DNA of 51,728 nt, taken from Sulfurovum sp. Lineage in GTDB: Bacteria > Campylobacterota > Campylobacteria > Campylobacterales > Sulfurovaceae. Below the pieces are notes generated by a model that saw only the letters and a program-made list of their open reading frames with translations, ran no database searches and was not told where the DNA came from. The stretch spans positions 1-51,728 of the forward strand of contig JALWKQ010000081.1 of NCBI GenBank assembly GCA_027081395.1, read 5' to 3'. Each line of letters starts with the position of its first letter. The first letter of the stretch is position 1. Made by a program: the position numbers and the translations under genes. Below are positions 36,961 through 45,320 of the stretch, one piece after another.

Positions 36961-39480
36961 ATGAAGAGATGGATTATTGCTTTTTTGTCACTGTTACTCT
37001 TTGCTTTGCTCACCGTAACGGGGTTGCTTCTTTTTCTTTTTAGCGACAGCGGAAATGCCATGCTTAAACCCTATCTCAAGGAGAAACTTGAGCATGAGAT
37101 AGGGATGCCTGTTGAGATCAACAGCTATACCCTTCGCTCCGGAAGCTCCAAGATGGATGTGACGATCAACCGTACTCTGCGTATCAAAGTTGTCTCCAGA
37201 TTCAGTGTCTGGAAACGCTCTTTTGAAGGGCTCTATCACATTGTGGCGCACAATTTTGAGTACAAAGGCTCCAAGCTGCGTCAGGCAGATATACGGGGGC
37301 ACTTCAAGGGAGTGGCTGAGAACATCTATGCTGATGGAAACGGTACAGCGCTTGATGCTCCTCTCTGGTATCGGCTGCGTGTCGCAGATGAGTCTGTCAG
37401 ACAGCTTGAAGCACAGATGAAGGGACTCTCGCTGGCGGAAGTGCTTGCACTCTCCAAGCAGCCTCCTTTGGCACAAGGCAGAGCGGATCTTCGGGTCGAT
37501 ATGCCCCGTATCGGAGAAGAAGGGGCTAAGGGAAATGCCCACCTCATTGTCCATGATGCGACGCTCAACCAAGCATTGATCAAGCAGCTGTACGGTGTCG
37601 ATCTGCCCAGACAGAGTGCCCTGCAGCTTAATGCGGATGCGCAACTTGAGGGGAAAAAACTACGTTTTGTCGCCAATGCAAAAAGCGATCTCTTTGCAAC
37701 GAAGATTAAAGAGGGGTATCTCGATCTTGCAAACAAAAAACTCACGGCAGCCTATTGGCTCGACACCAAAGCACTTCAGGTATTGACTGCAGGCAAGCTT
37801 GCCGGAGCACTGCAGATAGAGGGGAAGATCAAGGCGCAAGGCAAAGAGGTGTTGATCAGTGGGCTGAGCCACTCTCTGGGCGGCACACTGCAGTTTCAAG
37901 CCGGAGAGGGTACCGAGATCACCATGAAGCAGCTAAAGCTCTCCAAACTCCTTGCGATGCTCAGGCAACCGCGCTACATCCAGGGCAAGCTTGACGGCAC
38001 TGTCAATATCCCCGACAAGGATATGCGCCAAGGCAGCTATCGTATCCAAATCCCGCATGGGATACTCAATGCCGCCGAGATACGCAAACGTTTGGGATAT
38101 ACGATCCCCAAAGCAACAGTACTCAGTCTCAAATCCGAAGGGAGGATCAAAGATAAAGTACTTAATGCTACGACAACGATCAGCTCAAAGGTGGCGGCGC
38201 TCAAGCTCAGAAAAACGCACTACGATATCAAAACAGGCAAGCTTGAGACCGAATACCTTGTGACACTCTACGATCCGGGTGCACTGATGGGCAAAAAACC
38301 TCCTCGAAAAGCAGGCAAAGTGAAGCCTGTCACTACAGAGGGCAAGCTCAGATATGACGGCACGATCGCAGTAAGCGGCAGCGTCAAGGGATTGGGCAAG
38401 CGGGTGGCGTATAGCTATGACGGGATCAGTGCCAAGCTCGATGCCGTCTCTCTCTATGTAGGCAAGATACTATCTCTTGTCAATCTGCCTGCCTATGTCA
38501 ATGGCAATGCGGATGTCAAACTCAATATCAGCGACCTCAAGGCACTTAACGGCACCTTCGCGCTGCATGGCAAAAATCTTCAGACCAGTCCGGGGGCGAT
38601 GAAGCAGCTCATCGGAAAACCGCTCAAGATGAAGCTCTCTTTGGATGCCACCGGCAAGCTCAAATCACAGAAAGCCTACGGCAAAGCGACACTTCGCACG
38701 GCACTTGGTACGCTGCAGCTGCCAAGCTTTGTCGCAGCACCCAAGCAGGGCAGCTTCTCGGCTCCCTATACGCTCAAGATCCCGGATCTGACACGGCTCT
38801 ATACCTTGACAGGTACCAAGCTCTACGGATCCCTGCTGACATCGGGCAAGATCAACAAAGCTAAAGTGCTCACTATAAACGGTACGACAGCCTCGCTGGG
38901 CGGCAAGGTGAACTATACGCTTGCAGGTAACCGCTTCAGCACACAGATTACAGCGGTACCTCTGCCCAATATTCTACGGCTGATGGGGTATGCACAGAGC
39001 TTTTTGGGTACGGCATCGGGCAAAGGCAGATACGATCTCAAGTCACAAAAAGGTACAGCAGACCTGAGTATCGCATCGTTCCAGATCAAGCCAAGTACAT
39101 TGACCAATACTCTCAAAACAGTGATAGGTAAAGACCCTGCACGTATCATCTTCAAAAGTACGACTTTCCATGTCAATATCAACCGGGATATCGTCGCCTA
39201 TGTATTGCATGCGAAAGGTTCATACAGCAGTATCGACATTACCGATGGCTACCTCAACAAAAAAACAGGCGCACAAAGTGCAAAACTGAAGTTTGTCTAC
39301 GGAAAATATACGATTTACGGCAAGATCAAAGGGACACTTGATCGCCCAAAAATTCAACTGGATGCAGAGAAGATCGTCAAAGAGAAGCTGAAGAAAAAGA
39401 TCAGGGACAAGGTACAGAAAAAGCTTGAAAAAGCACTCGGCGGGCAGGCAGGTGCATTGCTGCGGGGGTTGGGGCTTTAG
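36961..39480 (+). CDS. large membrane-anchored beta-rich protein, AsmA-like
   Basis: N-terminal TM ending FSDSGN; amphipathic beta pattern with internal repeats; C-terminal IKGTLDRPKIQLD followed by a helix. Confidence 0.7.
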   Translation: MKRWIIAFLSLLLFALLTVTGLLLFLFSDSGNAMLKPYLKEKLEHEIGMPVEINSYTLRSGSSKMDVTINRTLRIKVVSRFSVWKRSFEGLYHIVAHNFEYKGSKLRQADIRGHFKGVAENIYADGNGTALDAPLWYRLRVADESVRQLEAQMKGLSLAEVLALSKQPPLAQGRADLRVDMPRIGEEGAKGNAHLIVHDATLNQALIKQLYGVDLPRQSALQLNADAQLEGKKLRFVANAKSDLFATKIKEGYLDLANKKLTAAYWLDTKALQVLTAGKLAGALQIEGKIKAQGKEVLISGLSHSLGGTLQFQAGEGTEITMKQLKLSKLLAMLRQPRYIQGKLDGTVNIPDKDMRQGSYRIQIPHGILNAAEIRKRLGYTIPKATVLSLKSEGRIKDKVLNATTTISSKVAALKLRKTHYDIKTGKLETEYLVTLYDPGALMGKKPPRKAGKVKPVTTEGKLRYDGTIAVSGSVKGLGKRVAYSYDGISAKLDAVSLYVGKILSLVNLPAYVNGNADVKLNISDLKALNGTFALHGKNLQTSPGAMKQLIGKPLKMKLSLDATGKLKSQKAYGKATLRTALGTLQLPSFVAAPKQGSFSAPYTLKIPDLTRLYTLTGTKLYGSLLTSGKINKAKVLTINGTTASLGGKVNYTLAGNRFSTQITAVPLPNILRLMGYAQSFLGTASGKGRYDLKSQKGTADLSIASFQIKPSTLTNTLKTVIGKDPARIIFKSTTFHVNINRDIVAYVLHAKGSYSSIDITDGYLNKKTGAQSAKLKFVYGKYTIYGKIKGTLDRPKIQLDAEKIVKEKLKKKIRDKVQKKLEKALGGQAGALLRGLGL

Positions 39481-39496
39481 AAGACCACTTTAGAGA

Positions 39497-40324
39497 TTAA
39501 CCAAAGAGCCGAAGCAGCCGTTCGACAGGTTCCTGATTGGTCAAGATCTTGATATGGCGTATATCGTAGCGTTCAAAATGGGCTTTGAGTGCCGCATCGT
39601 GGAGAGCATAGCGCTCTTTATAGGAGGCAAGGGTACGATCGCTGAGCCAGCCTCTTCTCTTTTGCCCTCCTCGGGGATCCTTGAGCATTACTTCTCCCTC
39701 GGATTTGGGCACCTCTTCTTGTGCATCGCGGATCACAATGGCGATCACCTCATGTTTTTGTGCCAGAAGGCTCAGATCCACCATTTCTAAAAAATCACCG
39801 ACAAGAAAGAGCAGGGAGCGTCTATGCACCCTGTTGAAAAGATCATCAATCGAGGCATCGATATTCAGACGTGTGTGCAGAAGCTCAGCTTCGTAGAGTT
39901 CCCGGTTGAACTGCTCGATGGGGTAGAGCTGTTTGGTCGGTGGTGTCGTATAGATCTCTTTGGGTGTATAGGCGATGCCGGTAAAGAGGTCGGCATTCTG
40001 CTGCGCAGCGTAGCCCAGCAGCATCGCAGTATGGGCGAGTGTGATCTGCTTGGCGTTGCCTTCTTTGAAGTAGAGACTGCCATCCATCATCGCTGCGACA
40101 ACCACGGAGAGTTCCCGGTTGGCATGCAGCTCTTTGATATAGGGTTTGCCAAGTTTGGCGGTGACCGTCCAGTTGATCTTGCGGATATCGTCACCATGTT
40201 GATACTCCCTAAGCTCGGCAAAGTCATACCCCTCGCCGTAGAGTTGTGAGAGGTTTCGCCCGCTCAGCAGGGTATAGACCTGGTGTCTGGCTTTGAGTTG
40301 AAGGGCTTTGAAGTCCGGGTTCAT
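39497..40324 (-). CDS. DUF58 (VWA-like) protein of the MoxR cluster
   Basis: GEGYDFAELREYQHGDDIRKINWTVTAK, FLVGDF. Confidence 0.92.
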   Translation of the reverse strand: MNPDFKALQLKARHQVYTLLSGRNLSQLYGEGYDFAELREYQHGDDIRKINWTVTAKLGKPYIKELHANRELSVVVAAMMDGSLYFKEGNAKQITLAHTAMLLGYAAQQNADLFTGIAYTPKEIYTTPPTKQLYPIEQFNRELYEAELLHTRLNIDASIDDLFNRVHRRSLLFLVGDFLEMVDLSLLAQKHEVIAIVIRDAQEEVPKSEGEVMLKDPRGGQKRRGWLSDRTLASYKERYALHDAALKAHFERYDIRHIKILTNQEPVERLLRLFG

Positions 40325-40341
40325 AGGATGACCCCGGATTT

Positions 40342-40552
40342 AGTGAAGAGTGAAGAGTGAAGAGTGAAGAGTGTCGGTATGTATTGCTGCGCAATACTTT
40401 TGTCAGAAAAGAGAGAAAGCGTTGTTGCTAAGCTTGACAAAAGTGTCTTGTGTGTTAACATTTCCTCATTCCTCATTCCTCATTCCTCATTCCTCATTCC
40501 TCATTCCTCATTCCTCATTCCTCATTCCTCATTCCTCATTCCTCATTCCTCA
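40342..40552. repeat. oppositely oriented heptamer arrays flanking a hairpin-containing core
   Basis: (AGTGAAG)4.5 at 40342-40373; (TTCCTCA)13 at 40462-40552; core has GTATTGC/GCAATAC and ACTTTTGTCA/TGACAAAAGT inverted pairs. Confidence 0.95.
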
Positions 40553-40555
40553 TTC

Positions 40556-41503
40556 TTATGGTATTTCTATCGCCTCAACAATCTGGGTGATCACCTCATC
40601 GGTGGTGATGCCTTTGGCGCGTGCTTCGTAGCTAAGTACGATCCTGTGACGGAGGATGTCGTGGATCACCAGACCGATATCTGCAGGTGAGACGAAGTCA
40701 TTGCCCCGCAGGAAAGCCTTGGCTTTGGCGGCTTTGTAGAGGTCGATGGAGGCTCGGGGGCTGGCACCAAACATGATTGATGCAGCTACCCCTTCGACAC
40801 CATATCTCTGCGGGTCTCGTGTGGCAGCGACGAGGCGTACCATGTAGCGCTCTACCTCCTCGTCGACATGGAGCGTTTCAATGAGTGATTGTAGTGCAAA
40901 GATATCCTCCTTGCTCCAGACCTGCGATACCTCCCTAAACTCCCTTTTTGCGGCATGGCGCATGATGCGGAGTTCATCCTCCTCATCGGTATGGGTGACC
41001 AGCAGTTTCATCATAAAGCGGTCGAGTTGTGCCTCAGGCAGGGGGTAGACCCCTTCCTGTTCGATGGGGTTTTGTGTCGCCATAACCATAAAAGGCGCAC
41101 CGATGCTGAAAGTCTCATCGCCGATGGTGACCTGACGCTCCTGCATCACCTCCAGTAGGGCTGACTGTACCTTTGCCGGGGCACGGTTGATCTCATCGGC
41201 AAGCAGCAGATGGGTGAAGAGCGGCCCTTTTTTGATACTGAAGCTGTGGTCTGAGGGGTTGTAGATCTGTGCTCCGATGATATCCGAGGGTAGCAGGTCA
41301 GGCGTGAACTGGATACGTTTGAAGTCGAGCCCCAGTGCCTGCGAGAGTGCTTTGATGGTGGTGGTCTTTGCTAGACCGGGTACCCCTTCGATCAGGATAT
41401 GCCCGTTGCTCAGCAGCCCGATCAGTAGCCCCTCTATCATCGCTTCCTGTCCGATGACCGCTTTGGCGATCTCCTCTTTGAGCTCTATGATCTTTTTATG
41501 CAT
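40556..41503 (-). CDS. MoxR-family AAA+ ATPase
   Basis: EGVPGLAKT, RIQFTPDLLPSD, LADEINRAPAKVQSALLE, ATQNPIEQEG, LPEAQLDRF, GASPRA. Confidence 0.95.
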   Translation of the reverse strand: MHKKIIELKEEIAKAVIGQEAMIEGLLIGLLSNGHILIEGVPGLAKTTTIKALSQALGLDFKRIQFTPDLLPSDIIGAQIYNPSDHSFSIKKGPLFTHLLLADEINRAPAKVQSALLEVMQERQVTIGDETFSIGAPFMVMATQNPIEQEGVYPLPEAQLDRFMMKLLVTHTDEEDELRIMRHAAKREFREVSQVWSKEDIFALQSLIETLHVDEEVERYMVRLVAATRDPQRYGVEGVAASIMFGASPRASIDLYKAAKAKAFLRGNDFVSPADIGLVIHDILRHRIVLSYEARAKGITTDEVITQIVEAIEIP

Positions 41504-41518
41504 CGTTGTTCTCCATAT

Positions 41519-42718
41519 TTAGCTTTCTCCTTGGGTCTGTTTTGTCTGCTTGTAGAGTCTCTGTTTGCATTTGCGCAGGTCGAGTGCCTCGCCTTTGTAG
41601 AGATGTGCCTCCAGTGCAGTGATCGCTTCACGGAAGTGTGGATCGTTGCTTGCCAGGAGGATCTGCAGGAGACTCTTGGCATCTTTGGCATCCTCTATCT
41701 TTGCGTGAAGAGAAGTTGTCTCATCCTTGCCGTAATGCGGGGAACTTCCGCTGCGGCGTTTCCAGAGCAGCGCACTCCCATAGCCTGCGATAAAGGCTGC
41801 GAGATATCCCAGAAACGTCCAGAGCCACTCCATTTCAAATGAGAAGGGTTTGGGTGAGTCCGTGCGATCCACCAGCTGCTTTGTCTCTACAGGCTCTATC
41901 TCGAAGTGCTGCTCGGGTATCTTCAGCGTATAGGCGTGCCCTTCAAAAGGGTTGAAAGCATGAAGCTCTACCGCAGGAAGCGTGAAGCTCTTTTCGGCAC
42001 TGATCGCATAGATGTAGCGTGCTTTAATCAGCGAGCCTTGCGGTGTGGAGATGGTCTCTATCTTGGGTTTCTCGGTAAAGAGAGTATAGTCGGCACCTTT
42101 TGGGAAGAGATCTGTGATCTCGGGCGGATAGCCTCTGCCCGTGATAGTGATGGTGATGGGGATAGGGGTGTAGGCTTTGGCATGGTGGGTTTTGGTTTTG
42201 TAATCCAGTTGGTACTCTCCGACAAGCGCTGTACCTTTGGGCAGTGGGCGTACATGCAGCCTCAGCGGAGGCAGCGTGATTGGAAAATCCTCTGTTTCCA
42301 GTTTCTTGAAGTCATCCCTGTCTCCTGAAGAGAAGTAACGTACTTTTGCATCATCGGTGACCCGCTTGACAAGAGAGAAAGTGACATTGATATCCCCTGT
42401 TTGTAACGGATAGAGCTCGTAGAGGTTTGAGAGTTTTGTATGGTGGAGCGTATCATTGTGTTGGGCCAAGAGCGGGCGTACGATGTAGTGTTTGTCAGGA
42501 TTGACCTTGAATTGGAAGAGCAGTACCACATCAGGGTTGGTCTGGTTGAGGTCGACCCGCAAGAGGATCGGCTCCTTGAGATAGGGGTCGGTTTTGCTCG
42601 GGGTGATACGGTAGGTAAAATCCTCTGCCATGAGTGCACCCGTCATGGCAAACAGCCATACCAAAACAGCTGCTTTGGAGAGACTGCCATTGAGAAAACT
42701 ACCACGGTTTAGTTTCAC
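41519..42718 (-). CDS. BatD-like exported/membrane protein
   Basis: Signal peptide, Ig-like beta segments, C-terminal TM; position in the bat cluster. Start likely GTG 42718 (AAGGA SD upstream), not 42937. Confidence 0.7.
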   Translation of the reverse strand: MKLNRGSFLNGSLSKAAVLVWLFAMTGALMAEDFTYRITPSKTDPYLKEPILLRVDLNQTNPDVVLLFQFKVNPDKHYIVRPLLAQHNDTLHHTKLSNLYELYPLQTGDINVTFSLVKRVTDDAKVRYFSSGDRDDFKKLETEDFPITLPPLRLHVRPLPKGTALVGEYQLDYKTKTHHAKAYTPIPITITITGRGYPPEITDLFPKGADYTLFTEKPKIETISTPQGSLIKARYIYAISAEKSFTLPAVELHAFNPFEGHAYTLKIPEQHFEIEPVETKQLVDRTDSPKPFSFEMEWLWTFLGYLAAFIAGYGSALLWKRRSGSSPHYGKDETTSLHAKIEDAKDAKSLLQILLASNDPHFREAITALEAHLYKGEALDLRKCKQRLYKQTKQTQGES

Positions 42719-44249
42719 GTACATATCCTTTGTTGATAAGCTCATAGACTTTGGAACTGAGCGGATGTTTTTGTGCCTGTCTGGAGGCTTTGAGTTTGCC
42801 CTCTGCACGTTTTTTGCTCTTTTTGGCATTTTGCTCCCTGCCGCCGTTTCCTCCACCGCCACCGGCATTGGAGTCACTCTTTTTCTTTTTCTTTTCGTCT
42901 GCTTCAGACTTTTGGGTACCTTTGGATGCGTGATCATCTTGTGATTTTGGACGGGGGAGGCTCGGGCTGTTTTTCTCTTTTGATTTCAGGAAAACAACCA
43001 GTGCGAGGTTCGCCTCGGCATCCTTGTCGCTGCCCAGTTGCAATGCTTTAGTATAGTATATCTTGGCTTTGTCGTAGTTGCCCTCCATCGCATAGGTATT
43101 GGCGATATTGTAGTAGAGCTGCTGCTTGATCCTGGGGGAGCGGCTCTTGATACCAAGATAGTGCTCTCTTGCTGCCTTGTATCGCTTGAGGCGGTAGTAG
43201 CTGTCAGCCTGAAGCAGTGCACTCTGGAGGGTCGGCTGATCGATACGGCTGATGTGGTTCAGTGTCCGGTTGTAGTCTTGCTGCGCATAGTTGCTATAGG
43301 CGTGCTGGAGATGGTAGAGATCGAGTATCCCTGCAGATGCAGGTATCCCGATGAGGGAGAGTCCAAGCAGTATCCACTTTCGCAGCCACTTTTGCATGAC
43401 GGTGTGGAGCATCAAAAAGAGCAAAACAGCAGGCAGCAGCACGATCCAGTAGAGTTCGCGGTAGCGGTGCTGACGTTTTTCAAGTGTATGGGTTCTGCCT
43501 TGGAGCAGGGCGGTGATCTTCTCTGCTGTCGCCTGTGGTGAATCCTCTGCGGTAAGGTAGGCACCGTCTGCAGCATCACTGAGTCTGCGCAGCATCGGGT
43601 TGAGACGGCTGATGACCAGATCGCCTGTACTGTTTTTGAGCATATTGCCGTTTTTGTCCGGGATAGTAGTGCCCGATTTGCTGCCAAGTCCCACGATCAC
43701 GGGATAGGTTCCGCTCTTGCGCAGTGCTTCGGAAAGTACCGCAAGGTCGCTCTCTTCGCCTCCATCGGTGATCAGTATCAGATCTTTGCCCGAAGCGTGC
43801 AGGCGGGGGAGTCTCTCAAAGAGCTTTTGCAGGGATGTCCCTTTGGTGAGGATATATTCGGGACGCAGACTCTCCAGAGCGGTCATGATCAGTGTATGAT
43901 CGGTAGTAGGCGGTGAGAGCAGCAGCGGATTGGTCGTAAAGGCGATCAGCATTACATTGGCAGCAGGATTGCGCTCAAGCAGGGTGCCGATAAGCGCTTT
44001 GGCATAGTCATAGCGACTTGGCCCCAGATCCCGGGCACGCATAGAGTAGGAGACGTCCAGTGCAATGATGAGGTCTTTGGCTTCGATCTTGGAGGGCTGG
44101 ATACCCTCTTCAAGCACAGGACGGGAAAGAGAGAGCAGGATGAGGATCGCAATGACCGTATGGATCCTGCTTTGGAATGTACAGCTTCGGTAGAGGAGTA
44201 TCCCCAGCGGGATGAGCAGCCATAGCAGCCATGGATAGAGAAAGGTCAT
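42699..44249 (-). CDS. VWA + TPR protein (BatB/BatC-like)
   Basis: MIDAS LDVSYSM, SPPTTD, LITDG; TPR YYNIANTYAMEGNYDKAKIYYTKAL; charged tail; likely start 44249. Confidence 0.88.
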   Translation of the reverse strand: MTFLYPWLLWLLIPLGILLYRSCTFQSRIHTVIAILILLSLSRPVLEEGIQPSKIEAKDLIIALDVSYSMRARDLGPSRYDYAKALIGTLLERNPAANVMLIAFTTNPLLLSPPTTDHTLIMTALESLRPEYILTKGTSLQKLFERLPRLHASGKDLILITDGGEESDLAVLSEALRKSGTYPVIVGLGSKSGTTIPDKNGNMLKNSTGDLVISRLNPMLRRLSDAADGAYLTAEDSPQATAEKITALLQGRTHTLEKRQHRYRELYWIVLLPAVLLFLMLHTVMQKWLRKWILLGLSLIGIPASAGILDLYHLQHAYSNYAQQDYNRTLNHISRIDQPTLQSALLQADSYYRLKRYKAAREHYLGIKSRSPRIKQQLYYNIANTYAMEGNYDKAKIYYTKALQLGSDKDAEANLALVVFLKSKEKNSPSLPRPKSQDDHASKGTQKSEADEKKKKKSDSNAGGGGGNGGREQNAKKSKKRAEGKLKASRQAQKHPLSSKVYELINKGYVRETKPW

Positions 44250-45154
44250 AAGTGTCTCCTCTCTTGGGCCCATATCCATCCAAGCAGCAGGAGCAGTGCT
44301 GCTCCGAGCGGATAGTAGATCAGCAGCTTTTGGTTGAGGTATCCTTCAGAGCGGATAGGGCTGGGTTCGAGTTTGTCTATCTCTGCATAGACTGCCTGCA
44401 GCGCTTCGGCATCGGTCGCACCAAAGCTGCGTCCCCCGGTCTCTTTGGCGATTTTTTGCAGCAGGGCAGCATCATAATCTCCGGCTTTGCCGATCCCGAT
44501 GGTATAGATCTTGACCCCTGCCGCTTTGGCTTTGGCGACGGCTGCTTTGGGAGAGATGCTGCCTGCATTGTGGTAGCCGTCGGTGATAAGGATGATCGCT
44601 TTTTGTTTGGCGTGACCGAACTTCAGTGTACGCAGCGACTGTATGATCGCATCACCTATCGCGGTACTCTCACCCGCAATGCCGACATCGGTCATCTCAA
44701 GCAGTTGGCTCAGCGCGCTCAGATCATAGGTCAGCGGTGAAGCGGTATAGGCAAAGGTACCGAAGATGACGATGCCCATATTGTCATCGAACCGTTTGTC
44801 AATAAAGGCTTTGGTCAGTGCAAGGGTGCTCTCATATTTGGTAAGGTAGCGGTTCTTGGGGTCAAAGCCGCTCTCACCCATCGAGCCGCTGGCATCGAGT
44901 GCGAGGATCAGGTCTCTGCCCTTGCGGTGTTCGCTTGTTGCCCCCTCATAGAGCAGAGGGCGTGTAAGTGCGATCACCATCAAGGTATAGATCACTACCT
45001 TCAGCCAAAGATCCGGATGCCAGAGCGGATGTATCTGTCCGATCCACTCCAGTTTGGGGAAGTAGTAGCGCTTCGCATCGGGTTTACACCAGAAAAAACA
45101 GGGCAAAAGCAACAATAGTAGCAGAAAATAGGGCGCGCCAAGTGTAAAATGCAT
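44246..45154 (-). CDS. VWA-domain protein (BatA-like)
   Basis: GRDLILALDASGSM, SPLTYD, TAIGDAI, LITDG, IYTIGIG, IAKETGG, IDKLEPS. Confidence 0.9.
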   Translation of the reverse strand: MHFTLGAPYFLLLLLLLPCFFWCKPDAKRYYFPKLEWIGQIHPLWHPDLWLKVVIYTLMVIALTRPLLYEGATSEHRKGRDLILALDASGSMGESGFDPKNRYLTKYESTLALTKAFIDKRFDDNMGIVIFGTFAYTASPLTYDLSALSQLLEMTDVGIAGESTAIGDAIIQSLRTLKFGHAKQKAIILITDGYHNAGSISPKAAVAKAKAAGVKIYTIGIGKAGDYDAALLQKIAKETGGRSFGATDAEALQAVYAEIDKLEPSPIRSEGYLNQKLLIYYPLGAALLLLLGWIWAQERRHL

Positions 45155-45209
45155 ATACTATTCTATCACTATTTGGATGATAGATAAGAGAGGCATAAAG
45201 TATATATTT

Positions 45210-45224
45210 TGATAATAAATCTCA
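45210..45224. promoter_or_regulatory. Fur-box-like site (upstream)
   Basis: TGATAATAAATCTCA versus 7-1-7 consensus TGATAATnATTATCA. Confidence 0.6.
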
Positions 45225-45275
45225 TTTTAATACCTCTTTAAGTTTGTTTGGACTATACTCCAGACGAAATAAAAG

Positions 45276-45290
45276 TGATAACAATTATCA
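45276..45290. promoter_or_regulatory. Fur box upstream of feoB
   Basis: TGATAACAATTATCA, one mismatch to TGATAATnATTATCA. Confidence 0.8.
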
Positions 45291-45320
45291 ATTAATTATA
45301 TAGAGATATAAGGAAAAGTT

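Noticed and set aside
40364-40690. ORFs with (SSFLIPH)n repeats
   Set aside because: Translation artefacts of the TTCCTCA array, partly antisense to moxR.
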